DNA from: Raja brachyura
Lineage: Eukaryota
Assembly (NCBI GenBank): GCA_963514005.1
Contig: OY740806.1
Location: forward strand, 28,458,001-28,522,000
Direction of reading: 5' to 3'
Length of the DNA stretch: 64,000 bases
Positions 10,479 to 22,395 of the stretch are shown piece by piece; positions within the stretch are counted from its first letter, which is position 1, and each line of letters begins with the position of its first letter. The notes under the pieces are model-generated. The model was not told where the DNA came from, did not search any database, and worked only from the letters and a program-made list of their open reading frames with translations. A program made the position numbers and the translations under genes.

Positions 10479-11556
10479 CCGGAAGTGGCGGCGCTGCTTG
10501 GCAGCTGCGGCTCACCTGCAGTCCGTCTATCTTTTATTTTATTTTTGTCTTCGTGCCTGTTTTTAGGGGTTATTTTTGGTTTGTTAGGTTGTGTATGTGT
10601 GGGGGGGGAGGGTGGGAGAAACGGGGTTTTAGTCTCTTCCTTCGGGGGGGGATGCAACTTTTCTTGTCGTGTCCCCCGACACCGTCTCCGTCTGTGCTGA
10701 GGCCCTAATGGCAGAGCTGGCGGCCTCCAGCTTCCAGCGGCGGCGGCACGGCTTTCGGAGCTTCAGCGGCGACCTGGCTCCCTCTGAGCTGCGGTGCTCC
10801 AGCGGTGACCTGGCTTCAGGGATGCGGTGCTCCAGTGGCGTTCCGGCGGCGACCTGGCTCCCTCTGAGCTGCGGTGCTCCAGCGGCGACCTGGCTTCGGG
10901 GATGCGGTGCTCCAGTGGCGTTCCGGCGGCGACCTGGCTCCCTCTGAGCTGCGGCGCTCCAGCGGTGACCTGGCTTTCGGGAGCTGCGGTGCTCCAGCGG
11001 CGACCTGGCTTTCGGGAGCTGCGGTGCTCCAGCGGCGGCCTGGCCTTCGGGAGCTGCGATGCTCCAGCTGCGACCTGGTTTCGGAGCTGCGGTGCTCCAG
11101 CGGCGGCATGGCTTTCGGGAGCTGCGGTGCTCCAGCGGCGGCCTGGCTTTCGGGAGCTCGGTGCTCCAGCGGCGACCTGGCTTCGGGGCTGCGGTGCTCC
11201 AGCGACGTTCCAGCAGCGGGCCCTGTGGCGGTGTTCCGGTGTTCCGGCGACAGCGGTGGCGGCAGCCCAGTTTCGGAGGCTCGGCCGCGGGCCTGGTGGA
11301 CGGCAGCGGTGGCGGCGGCCTGGATCTCCTCAGCGCAAAGGGAGAATAAGGATGGAAGAAGAAAGAGACTCTAAGACTTTTGCCTTCCACCACAGTGAGG
11401 AGGTGTTTGGTGAACTCACTGTGGTGGATGTTAATTTTGTGTTTATTGTGTGGTTTTGTTATTTTTATATATGTATGACTGCAGGCACGAAATTTTGTTC
11501 AGACCGAAAGGTCTGAATGACAATAAAGGCTATTCATTCATTCATTCATTCATTCA
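10479..11556 (+). mobile_element. GC-rich non-autonomous retroposon with central VNTR and (ATTC)n tail
   Basis: Inserted into a CR1 remnant. Starts ccggaagtggcggcg and ends aatgacaataaaggct(attc)n. No transposon coding motifs. Confidence 0.8.
10755..11215 (+). repeat. GC-rich VNTR with ~30-40 bp units (gagctgcggtgctccagcggcgacctggct...)
   Basis: About a dozen degenerate tandem units, with a higher-order repeat in 10770-10960. Confidence 0.95.
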
Positions 11557-11687
11557 CCTCAAGGCTCTGGCCTCTAGTTCTTGATTCCCCTACTTTAGGA
11601 AAAAGTCACTATGCACTCACTCGTTACATGTCCCATTAGTTACTGTAAAATAAGAACATTTAATTTATTTATTCATTAGGCAATATA

Positions 11688-12713
11688 CTAGGTATGTTAC
11701 AAAACTTACCTTTAGCGGTGCTGCAGTTCTGTCACTGGCCGTGTGCGCGACTTTAGCGCCTTTGGGGGGGGGGGGGCGGGGTTAAAATGCTGTTTTCCCC
11801 TTGCCATCCGGAATTATATTTTCTCGGTGTGCGAGCTTTTTCTAAAGATTCATTAGTAAGTTAAAAAAAATGTTTTAATCGCCCGACTATTTCAGCGCTG
11901 CAGTAAAATAAAAATTAGTTCCTAATGCCGTGAACACCGACAACGGGGACGGATTTTACGTAGGGGACAGGTAAATGAAAGTTGTTTATTTTTTCATATA
12001 AACTTGTTTGTTTAGATGCCCTTAATCAACATTTCATGTTGCGAAACAGTGATTTATTCCCCATACGAACCGGCAGAATTTTTCTTGCCGATATTGGGTT
12101 TAAACCGCAAAGTTCCAATCCACCGCGTTCCATAAAATCCCACTCGCAAGCTGATTTAAATGGCCTTTAATTTACGGGCATTAAACACTAAATTCCTTCA
12201 ATTTGACCTATAAATTAATGACAATTAGATTTTAAAAACATGTTATATTGTGAATTCTTGTGTGAATGTTATTTGGACACTTAGGCTTAAAAGAAAATGT
12301 TAATTTTTTTCTTAAGAAATGGATAGATGTTTAGATCTAGTAATTGAATTTTGTAATTAGCTACAATTGGTTAACTAACTAATTATATGCTTTAATTTCA
12401 GGTCATCCAAGTAAGATTGTTTCATATTTCTTTCAGAATGCTTCAATCTAAAATAACTGAAAATTTCTTTCTCTTAATTTTTAAGAAAGTTATGGGCTTT
12501 TGACTGTCCTCGATCACACCTTTTGTGTTGTCAATAGAAAAGCAATAGGAAACAAGTTGCTAATTTCCGAGTATGGAAATGGCCATAACATTTTTAATAC
12601 TAAAGATATGAAAGTGAATTAGGTGTCAAATTAAACTTCTTTTTATGCTTTATCTGATGGGATAAATTGCAGACTTGAATTTTAAAATCTCAAAATTTTG
12701 TAACATTGTTAAG
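11688..12713. mobile_element. Non-autonomous DNA transposon (~1 kb), superfamily uncertain
   Basis: Imperfect TIRs ctaggtatgttacaaaactt / aaattttgtaacattgttaag, TA on both flanks, no ORF. Confidence 0.65.
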
Positions 12714-12983
12714 TATACCCTGTAATTTAACTTAGATTGACATCATCTAATTTTCCAACTGATTGAACAAATTCCATGTAAATGGATTTGAATGTAAATT
12801 AATCATTGCTATTACTTTTACTCATGGGCCAGTTTTTGGCCACCAGGAAGTAATCCGATAATTGACAGGTTCACAGGTCTAGGTCAGAACATGAAACTCA
12901 GGTTTTGCCTCACACTGAACAAACCTTAGGTTGCGAGCTACTGCAAACATTACCTCCACAAACGGAGTTTGGACTTAATCAAA

Positions 12984-13157
12984 CAGTGGCACAGCGGTAG
13001 ATCTTCTGCCTTACAGCACCAGAGACCTGGGTTCGATCCTAACTACGGGTGCTGTCTGTAAGGAATTTGTATGTTCTCCCTGTGGCCACCGGTGTTTTCT
13101 CTGGGTGCTCCGGTTTCCTCCCACATTCCAAAGACGTGCAGTTTTGCGGGTTAATTG
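12984..13157 (+). mobile_element. HE1/V-SINE, 3'-truncated
   Basis: tRNA-derived head with A box tggcacagcgg and B box ggttcgatcc, followed by the V-domain ctccggtttcctcccacattccaaagacgtg. Confidence 0.85.
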
Positions 13158-13771
13158 CTGGTAGAGCTCACATCGCCAGAGACCCGCGATATCGGGTGTT
13201 CTCTGTGTGGAGTTTGCAGGTGCAAGGACCCACACCACTCTGGCCACACTCTCATTTCACTCCTACCATTGGGAAAGGGGTACCGGAGTCTGAAAACGCT
13301 GACCTGATTTAAGAATTGCTTGAAAACAATAGTCACCCCAGTGTAATAACAATGTTCATTTCATATATCGTATCCATAAGACTCAGTTGCTGTAAATAAA
13401 GCAAGAAAACATTTGATAAATGTGAATTAAGCTATACTCTAGATGTCATCATTTGTAAATCCTTGTTCCCAACCCACACAATTAACAAGAAAAGGATGGG
13501 AGTCAGTCTCAAGATTAATCACTAATGGCTGCTTCTAATTGAAATTTCCTAAGCAGCCATTTAAAAGATTTACATTTATAATTTAGTTCAATTCTTAATG
13601 CTTCAACTACCACTTGTGTTTCTGTTATTTCTGAACAGTTTATATCAGGAGCTTTGAAGGCCAGGATGAGAGGAGGAGCAGCAGTGGCTATCAGTCCCTT
13701 TGTGCCACTTCCAAGTAACTTTTATAATGGAGAATAAATAGGATCCCAGTATCCTGCTAATCTGAAAAGCA

Positions 13772-13930
13772 GAGACACAAGGAAGAGCAGATGCTGGAAC
13801 CTTGAGTAAAACAAAAAGTGCTGGAGTAACTCAATAGGTCAGGTAGCATTACTCGAGAGAACAGACGTTGTCTGTCCATTGCCTCCACAGATGCTGCCTG
13901 ACCCGATGATTCCCCTATCACTTTATTTTT
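13772..13930. mobile_element. Penelope terminal-repeat inverted pair with the central (ribozyme) part deleted
   Basis: gtgctggagtaactcaataggtcaggtagcat and agatgctgcctgacccg are inverted copies. Confidence 0.7.
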
Positions 13931-14059
13931 AGCAATCTGAAAAGCACCAATTTCATTCCTGATTCATTGGTTATCCCTGTATCAGCAATGTCAATTTTCC
14001 AGGTTAAAACGTGAACATTTAAACAACAGATATCCTGAAAGAAAAACGTTGCAGATATT

Positions 14060-14285
14060 AAAGGTAAAGACTTGCACTTCTACAATGTTTCCAAGATCTT
14101 AAGATGTCACTAAATGCTGCGTGGCACAACGTCCTTCTGTGATGTGTCCATAGTTGTAGCATTGGACATGCACCTACTCACTTGCACACAACAAGATCCC
14201 GCAACAGTAATGGAGAGATAATAAAAGATAATTTGGATACACCAGTCAAAGGATAAACATAGGTCACTTAAAAGTGGCACCATTG
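14060..14285 (-). mobile_element. Decayed DeuSINE-like remnant
   Basis: Reverse-complement resemblance to the 3' half of the DeuSINE at 59640-60005. Confidence 0.4.
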
Positions 14286-14444
14286 AGTCAAGCGTTGGAC
14301 AGAACGAAAACAGGCCCTTCGGCCCACCTTGTCCACATCGAACAAGTTGGCACATTGGGCTAGTGCATTTACCTGCATTTGGCCCACAGCCCTCTAAACG
14401 TTTCCTATCCATATATCTGTCTTAATTATATCCGATTCTTATGC

Positions 14445-14943
14445 CTGACCCGCCAAGATCTGCTGGATCTCACAGTTGTTAATCATTTTAACTACCCTTC
14501 CCATTCCCATACTGACCTTTGTCTTACTAACATCTATTGTCAGAGCAAGGCCACACACTAACTGGAGGAACAGCACCTCATGTTCCACATGGGATGCTTA
14601 TAACCCGATGGTATGAACAATGAATTCTACATTTTGTGGTAACTGAACTACAAACATCCCTCCCCCCTTTTCTCCCCATCTCTTCCCTGTGCCATACTTC
14701 ATTTATCTTCTTTCCCCTTCCCTCCATTCCTTCAACCATATCCATCCCCTGGTTGCACATTTCATGCCACTTCTTTCCTTATCTTTTATCTCACATTTTT
14801 GTCTTTTCATGTCTAGCCCTTGTCCAATCATCAGCCAAACAAAAACCTCTCTCACACTGTATCCACCTATCACTTTCCAGGCTTTATCCCGCCTCCACCC
14901 ATCTTTCACCCCCCCCCCCCCCCACGTCGATCAGTCTGAAGAA
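14445..14943 (+). mobile_element. Penelope-like element 3' fragment (GIY-YIG C-terminus plus 3'UTR)
   Basis: Decayed DLTVVNHFNYPSHSHTDL...YCQSKATH*LEEQHLMFHMG...PDGMNNEF, a pyrimidine-rich UTR, then tcagtctgaagaa (start of the hammerhead motif). Confidence 0.85.
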
Positions 14944-16544
14944 CAGCTAGGCAGTGCTGCGAGTTAATCCACATCAGTCCAAACATTCCGTAAAAGCTAC
15001 CAACATCTTGAAAATCTAATGGCGTTCCCTCTTGCCATGCTTCATAAAATCCGCCAAAGGCACACACAATTCAAAGCGTGGAAGATGTCTCGCACAATAC
15101 CAATGAGAAAATCAAACCAAAAGTGAAAATCAAAGGAACCACCACCGACATGATTAACTGGCACAGCATTGAACATTGAAATTCTCTTTCAAAACCATCC
15201 CTCTATTGTTGACAGGGATGGTGAAGAGGTTGACAGCTGAAGTGGTTGCTGACATTGCCTGCTTGTCAGAACAAGAATGCAATCAAGATATTTCATTACA
15301 TAGAGCAATATCTGATTCCTCCTCCTATGCCAGTTCTATCAGACAAAAGGGAAATATTAATCTCTGCCTTCGTTCTTGGCTCTAGTTATCCCCAACACCA
15401 AGCTTCAACACATGTAACCAATTGATACTGGGTAAATGGAAGTAGGACTGAGATATTCACTCTGATATGAAGAACAAAGTCTATGAAATTGCTTGACATG
15501 CACTGAATTGCTGTGAAACCTGCAGACAATGAATATGAATGACGTTTGAAAAAACACGTTTACTCCTGACAATTGTCCACAGGTAAGAAAAAAAATCTTT
15601 TGTTTTCTGTTCATAGGAATATTCTTTCCGCCCTCTTTTACTTTCTTTATTGACCTGATGGGCCAGATGCATGTAAATGGGACCATTCAGAATGCCAACT
15701 TGGTCAAAACAGGCAAGTTGGGCCCAAAAGGCCCATTTCCATGCTGTGCAGATCTATGACCCTTATAGGAATGAAAATGGATGACATAAACAAAAGTCAA
15801 GCAGCTCAAAGGATTAAAGATACAGAAACATGTTAAAAAAGAAAAATTAGGGGTACGGTGACTGGAATTGCATCATTTATAATATTTAAATGATTTAATG
15901 GCACAAATAGTAGGCAGGTATGATCTACTTGTCATTATCCAACTCGACACCCAAAGCTCAGAACTAAATATTACAGGGTATGCAGCATTTAGGAAGGAGG
16001 AAAAAATAGAACAAATGTTTGTTAAGGGAGAAAATAAGTGCAGTGACAAAATCTTGCCTTAACAAGATTTGTTACATGCTGATACATCCCATTGTCTCAG
16101 GATGCATCACAACCTGGTCGGGCAACAGCTCCGCCCAAGGCCACAAAGAATTGCAGAGAGTTGTGGAAAAAGCCCAGCCCATCATAGAGGTGAGTTTCCT
16201 CCTCCCCTCCCCACATGCAGAGGGCAGAAAACATAGGTAGGAATTATTGATATCCATTCAAATAGAAGTTGTGATGTTGGTTATGACATAGATCAGAAAA
16301 TTATTGGTGTGTGATACTGGAACTTTATCGTAATCATGGGAAACTTTAGCCTCCATGCAGAGTGGGCAAAATCAAATTTTTTATTTGTAATAAGATCGAA
16401 GATGAATCTGTAGAACGTATATACAATACTTTTCATAAATATACTGAAGAATCAACTGGGAAAAAGCTATTTTGGATCGGGTTTTGTGCAGTGAGAGAAA
16501 GTTAATTGATGATCTTGTTGTCAAGGTATAATTGGGGAAGAGTA

Positions 16545-17580
16545 TATGATAGAACTTGACATTAAGTCTGTGAGTGATATGGTTCAATGTAAAATTAGGT
16601 TCTTAAATCTAAACCAAGGGAGCTACGAAGACATGAAGGGAGAGCTGGCTGTGGTTGAATTAGAGAACATATTGACAAATATAATAGTGGACAGGCAATG
16701 GTTAGCACGGAAATAAATAATCCATAAATCACAAAATAAATCCTTCAAGGCACAAAAACTCAACAGAAGTGATTCATCCGTGGCTGGTGAGTAATTAAAT
16801 CAAATGAAGAGCCCCACAAAGTAGCCAGAAATAGCAGTACCTGAGGATTGGGAGCATTTTTGAACCCAGCAAAGGAGCATCAAGATGTTGATAAGGAAAG
16901 GCAAGATTGAATATGAATGTAGAAAACAAACTGCTTTAGGATCGATTGACCAAAGGATGTTTCAAAGGTGGTGATGAATTTCATCATAAACGTCTTCAAT
17001 GAGAGATGGCTCCTGAGATATGGAAACTGGTCTTCCAGCAGTTTGTTTGGCTCCAGTATCTGCAATCTCTTGAATATGAAAGATTTGTAAAAAAAATAAC
17101 GTTAAGAGCTTTTATAAGTCTAGGAAAAGTAAAAGACTTGCAGGGTATGTGTGGGCCCTCTCACACAGAGACAGTAGAATTTATAATGAGGAACAAGAAA
17201 TGGTAGAGTAATTAAACAATAACATTGCATCTGACTTCAGTATTTCGATGAATACTATATTGAACATTAACAGGCGTACTGTAGAGAGCACACTGACTTG
17301 CATCATGTATTGGTTCAGTAACGCCCAGGAACAAATCAGACTACAGAGAATGGTAATATTACCCTTTCCATCACAGAATCTGGTCTTCCCACCATCGAAG
17401 GGATTTGCAGAAAACCCTGGCCATGCTCTCATTTCAGTTTTAGAGATAGCAGATGTGATGCTCTGGTTACCACTTTCTAAAGTGCCATAGATTCAGAAAA
17501 AGTTTGCAAGGATTGGAGGGTAGCAAACGTGGCCCTACTATTTAGGAAAGGGGGGCAGAGAAAAGAGGGAATTGTTAATC
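16545..17580 (+). mobile_element. Highly decayed CR1 ORF2 fragment with nested Penelope-repeat and Rex pieces
   Basis: Remnant motifs VLNLNQGSYEDMKGELAVV, HPWL and DWRVANVALLFRKG. It appears to continue at 19152-19330. Confidence 0.6.
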
Positions 17581-17786
17581 TGTTTGCTGAATCACTTTAC
17601 CAAGCATCCCCCACAGCACTCAAACAATACAGGTCCTGGAAAACATGGACAGCTTCCCATATCTCAGGAGTCACCACTCATTGAAGGACGTTCATGGTGA
17701 AACTCTTCTCCAACTTCCAATTGAGCCTATGATCAATTGAGAAGGATCCATATCCCAGAACGAATACAAAACTCAGTCTATACATA

Positions 17787-18062
17787 GCGGCACAGTGGTG
17801 CCGGGGAGGAGTTGCTCCCTTACAGCACCAGAGACGCAGGTTCAATCCTGACTGTGGATACTGTCTGTACATTCTCCCTATGCCCCGTGAGTTTTCTCCG
17901 GGTGTTCCGGATTCCTACCACACTCCAAAACGAAGGATAATTGGCTTTATTAAAAATTATAAAATTGTCCCTAGTGTGTAGGATAGGATTAGTGTACAGA
18001 TGATCGCTGGTCGGCGTAGATTCGCTGGGCCGAAGGGCCTGCTTCTGCTCTATATCACTAAA
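17787..18062 (+). mobile_element. HE1/V-SINE
   Basis: tRNA-like head, V-domain, and the CR1-type tail gggccgaagggcctg. Confidence 0.85.
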
Positions 18063-18510
18063 AGTCAAAAAATAAATCAGACGTAAATCTCCAGCTTCCA
18101 ATTGAGCCTTTGGTCAATTGAGGAAAAGAGTACTTGATGATCCAGAACAGAGAACTGGTACAAAACTTGGCCTACAGGGCTCTCTCGTATGAGACTCGGA
18201 ATACCAACGGCGGGCCTCTGCAAAATACGATCAATGCCATCTCTGGAAAACATTCAATACGGGATTAAGAGTTGCAAGGCCATACCTGGCCAACATTCAA
18301 TGGGCTGTAGCTCATTTTAGATGGCAGAAGGAATGACCTACTCAGAAATTACCCACATGCCCACCCTATCTGTCACCTCCTGCCCCATCCGTACAAGAGT
18401 CTGTTAGCTCGTCAGACCCCATAATTCAAAGTAAAAGCAAGTCATTTTTGATCCCAAGGGACTGATAAAGAAGGGACAATGCTGGAATCTATATTATTTT
18501 GATGAAATGT

Positions 18511-19151
18511 TTCAAGTTCAAGTTTCAAGTTTCAGTTTACATTTATTGTCACTGCACCAATTGGTACAGTGAAATTTGAGTTACGATACAGGCATCCGAA
18601 TAAAAAGAACACAACACATGATAGAATTTTACATGAACATCCCCAGACAGCGGAATCAACATTTCCCACTGTGAGGGAAGGCAATAAAGTTGTCTTCCTC
18701 TTTGTTCACCCGTGGTCGGGGCCTCGAGCCCTCCGCAGTCGCCGCTACGGCGGCCCGATGTTCAGGCCCTCTTGCCGGGATGATCGAAACTCCGACGTCG
18801 GAACAGAAGAACATTCTCAGCGGCTTGGAGTTTCCGAATCGGCCACTTCTTACCGGAGACCGCGGCTCCCGAAGTCCACAGGCCGAGCTGGGCGGAGATT
18901 CAACACTGGCGGCCCTCGGCAAAGGGATCCCAGGACTCCGCTATGTTAAAGTTAGCGCCGCCCATGGCTGGAAGCTCCGCAGACCACAGCATTAAAGTCA
19001 GCAGTCCCAGCACTCCGGAGCTCCACACGGCGACCCCAGTAAGGCATCGCCCGCTCCGCGATGGTTCTCCAGTGCTGTGCTGCTGCTGAAGCTGAAGCAC
19101 TGGCCAGTCTCCGGCAGGAAAGGCCGCGCCAATCCAGATGGTAGGCCGCAG
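18511..19151 (-). mobile_element. GC-rich non-autonomous retroposon related to 10479-11556
   Basis: On the minus strand: ctgcggcctacc 5' end, the gccttccctcacagtg...ggatg block, a terminal stem-loop, gacaataaa and a (CTTGAA)n-like tail. Confidence 0.75.
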
Positions 19152-19575
19152 GAGAACAATTCGAAAATAATAAGATTGAGCAGAGCCAACATGGATTTAT
19201 AAAGTAAAATCCCATTTGACTAATCTGGAGTCCTTTGAGGATGTGACTAATCAGCAGATAAGGTGGAATTAGTGGATGTGTTTTCACATGTGGACGGGTT
19301 TTGATAAGATCCCAAACAGGAAGGTTGATCAGCAAGGTTGGAATTGTTGTTCATATGTTGACAAGGCAACTGTTTCCACACAAAGGAAAGTTGGTATATG
19401 GAATGAGCTACCAGAGGAAGTGTTTGAGGTAGGTACAATAACAACATTAAAAAAATATTGGATAGATACATGGAGAGGGAAGGTTTCGAGGGATTTGGGC
19501 AAAACACAGGCAAATAGGACTGGCAAGGACGGATTGGACTGAAGGGCCTGTTTCCATGCGACATATACTATGACT
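19152..19575 (+). mobile_element. CR1 RT and 3' end remnants
   Basis: SQHGFIK...LTNLE and FDKIP motifs, then the FHTK...WNELPEEV 3' end. Confidence 0.65.
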
Positions 19576-20006
19576 AGTGGTCAGAGAAAATCTCAAGGTG
19601 GTGGAAGCAGATATGATAGTGGCTTTTAAGAGGCTTTTGGAAATTCAGGGAATGGATACATATGGATTACATGCTTGTAGAGAAGAATAGTTTAACATGG
19701 CATCATATTTGACATAGTCAGTATGGGCTGAGTGGCTTGCTCCTGTAGCTCCTATAGCCACCGGCCCTCCAGCCTGGCTGGAGTCATCTTGCAGATGCCT
19801 TCAACATATTAGACCTTTGCACATGGCTGTATATCCAGTATTCAGCATTGATCTCGGTCCATGATCTCCAGCCTTGTCGTGATATTACTGAGATGCAGGG
19901 CAGTTTCTCACCAGTGCGTTACTCTGTCACATAAAACATCATAAAACATGGGAGACACAAGGGATTGCAGATGTTGGAAGCTTTGCAGCACAGAACGCTA
20001 CAGGAG

Positions 20007-20241
20007 ATCCTTTTTCCCTGCGGCTCTCAAACTGTACAACTCCTCCCCCTTCTGCCGTGAGGTAGACTGACTTACCCCCTCCCCCCCCACTCTTCCCCAA
20101 TCTTTGCACATTCCAAATCCTAGACTTTCTACTCGTCCATTTAATTTCATGTTTCATGCATCTTGTTGTGTTTTATGACTGTTGGCAGACCAATTTCCCT
20201 CCTGGGATAAATAAAGTTTTCATCGTATCGAATCGTATCGT
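20007..20241 (+). mobile_element. Rex1/Babar-type LINE extreme 3' end nested in a Penelope repeat
   Basis: SFFPAALKLYN, a UTR, aataaa and an (ATCGT)n tail. The flanks 19948-20000 and 20245-20330 belong to one Penelope repeat. Confidence 0.7.
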
Positions 20242-21662
20242 TGAGCAGTGTTGGAGGAACTCAGCCGTTCAGACAACATCTGTGTGGAAAATGGACAGGT
20301 AATGTTTCAGGTCAGGACATTTCTGCACTCTGTCAGATTCAGATTAGGCCCTGTTTTTTTGCTGTGTTTCGCATCTGACAGCGTGGGTGTCCTAAGTACT
20401 TCAGAAAGTGTGGTGTGCATCAGTGGCTGGCAGGGCTGCCCCCAGATTAAAGCAAGAAGACATTCACTGAAGACACAGGCAACATCCAAAGAGCAAAAGG
20501 CTTTATGCTGCCTCATGGGGATCATATTATCCACCCACATATCTGAATAAGCTGCCAGTAATTCATCATAACAGTTCACCTTGTTAAGTCAATGATCTTT
20601 TGACCTCAATAAATTTTGCACACTCTAAAGAAGGACATATGACACTGGAGCTGATAAAATCGTGGGAATATAACAGCCAGAGGTGAGACGTTAAAGTAAT
20701 TCTTATTCTGAAACAGGTTTAAAATGGAATGTGATTTCTTCTCTGTCTATATTTTAAGTGAATTTGATGATTATTTAATCAAGATCCCAAGGCTTGAAAT
20801 GAAAAGAGAGTGCTCTTTTTAGGTCTTGTGGGGGAAGAGTGTTGGACAGAGCAAGGAATAAATTACATTCCATGACTTTTAAGAATAAAGAGAAACCAGG
20901 AAGTTTGGAAATGTTGAGAGATGTTTCTCCTGACATGAAGACTGCTGTGCAAATATTTTCATTGCGAACGACAATATCCATGTGTCACCCATCCAAATAC
21001 TGCAGGTAGCTTTGCAATGCTGGGCTTTGTTCCACTGATGAGCAGACATAAAAGAGAATGAGGACTGAGCAGCTCTACTTTCCACCCCTTGGCTGTCAAT
21101 TAGGGCAGAAGCAATATTGCTCACCTGCAATGCGACCCAACAGAGGCAAAAATATCAAATAGAAAAAGATGTCCTGTCTGATCTTACAAATATTTCCTTG
21201 AACAACAAATCAAAATAATGTTAAATGAAAATATTAGGCAATATAAACTTTTGTCTCTTTTGTGCAATGCATAAACTACAATGAATGATTACTTCTAAGC
21301 ATAAATAATATAAAATATTCACTTGCAAGAAATGCATGTTGCTCGGTGTGAAGGTTGCCATAGTTCTATTAGCTTTACTCCCTGGTATAAACCAGTGAGA
21401 TGTGAGCATAACTACACTTCCATAAATTTGACCACAAGCCTTAGGTTGGCACCAAGGAAGTGCTGTTGCTGTGCATTTGCTGTTAAATGTGGGCCAAGTC
21501 CAATCTCTCAAGCAATATCAAAAGCATGGTAGACCGTCGCGTATTCGTACTGCAGAAGATCACAATGTTTGGTCACTAAGGTGTTGCCGCTATGGGAGCT
21601 TGCTCTGCACAAACCATCAGCCACATTCCTAAATTCCAGGAACAGCTTCAGGAACATTGTGT

Positions 21663-21978
21663 GGGTGGCACAGTGGTGTGGAGCAGCACAATGGAGCAGA
21701 GGTAGAGTTGCTGCCTTACAGCGCCAGAGACCCGGGTCCAATCCTGACTAGGGGTGCTGTCTGGACAGAGTTTGTACGTTCTCCCTGTGACCGCGTGTGT
21801 TTTCTCCTGGAGCTTCAATTTCTTCCCACACTCCAAAGAAGTACAGGTTTGTAGGCCAATTGGGTTCAGTAAAATTGTCCCCAAAAGTGTTGGATAATGT
21901 TCGTATATGGGTGATCGCTGATCGGCGTGGACTCGGTAGGCTGAAAGGCATGGTTGGCACTATTTCTAAAGTCTAAAG
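21663..21978 (+). mobile_element. HE1/V-SINE
   Basis: ggtagagttgctgccttacagcgccagagacccgggt head, V-domain and ctaaa tail. Confidence 0.85.
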
Positions 21979-22395
21979 CTTCTTCCCCTTGTAATACAGC
22001 TTCTGAACAGTCCTTCCATAAGTTAGGGCACTGTCCAATTCATCTCTACCCCATCGCTCGCATTGGACATCGTCTCTGGAACTGATGCACTTAAATGCTG
22101 AGAACTATATTCTGCATTCTGTACCTTCCCTTTTGCTCTATCGATTGTACTTAAGTTTGCCGATTATATTTATGCACAGTATTATCTGATCTAATTATAT
22201 AGTATGCAAAATAAGGCATTTCGCTGTACCTTGGTACATGTAACAATGGTATTAAATTTAAACCCAAACAAATTACAATGGGGACTATATCACAGAAATA
22301 TTTAATTAGCATAAAGTGCTTTTGGATGTTCCAAAATGTCCCCTGCAATGCTACCTTTGGAGATAAAAAGATGCCGGCACGCAGGATTAATAAGT

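Noticed and set aside
10755-11215. CRISPR-like array of ~35-bp repeats
   Set aside because: Units are head-to-tail without unique spacers, the context is vertebrate and there are no cas genes.
10629-11516. Long overlapping ORFs (254, 229, 166 aa) on both strands
   Set aside because: By-product of a stop-poor GC-rich VNTR. The translations are repetitive with no domain.
12984-13060. tRNA gene (A and B boxes)
   Set aside because: This is the tRNA-derived head of an HE1 SINE, continuing into the V-domain. The same applies to the other SINE copies.
17707-18122. ~35-bp imperfect direct repeat flanking an HE1 SINE as a TSD
   Set aside because: Too long, diverged and offset from the SINE ends; more likely an older local duplication.
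18569-19335. Cluster of 60-127 aa ORFs and an apparent CpG-island promoter
   Set aside because: Lies within a GC-rich retroposon and an adjacent CR1 remnant.
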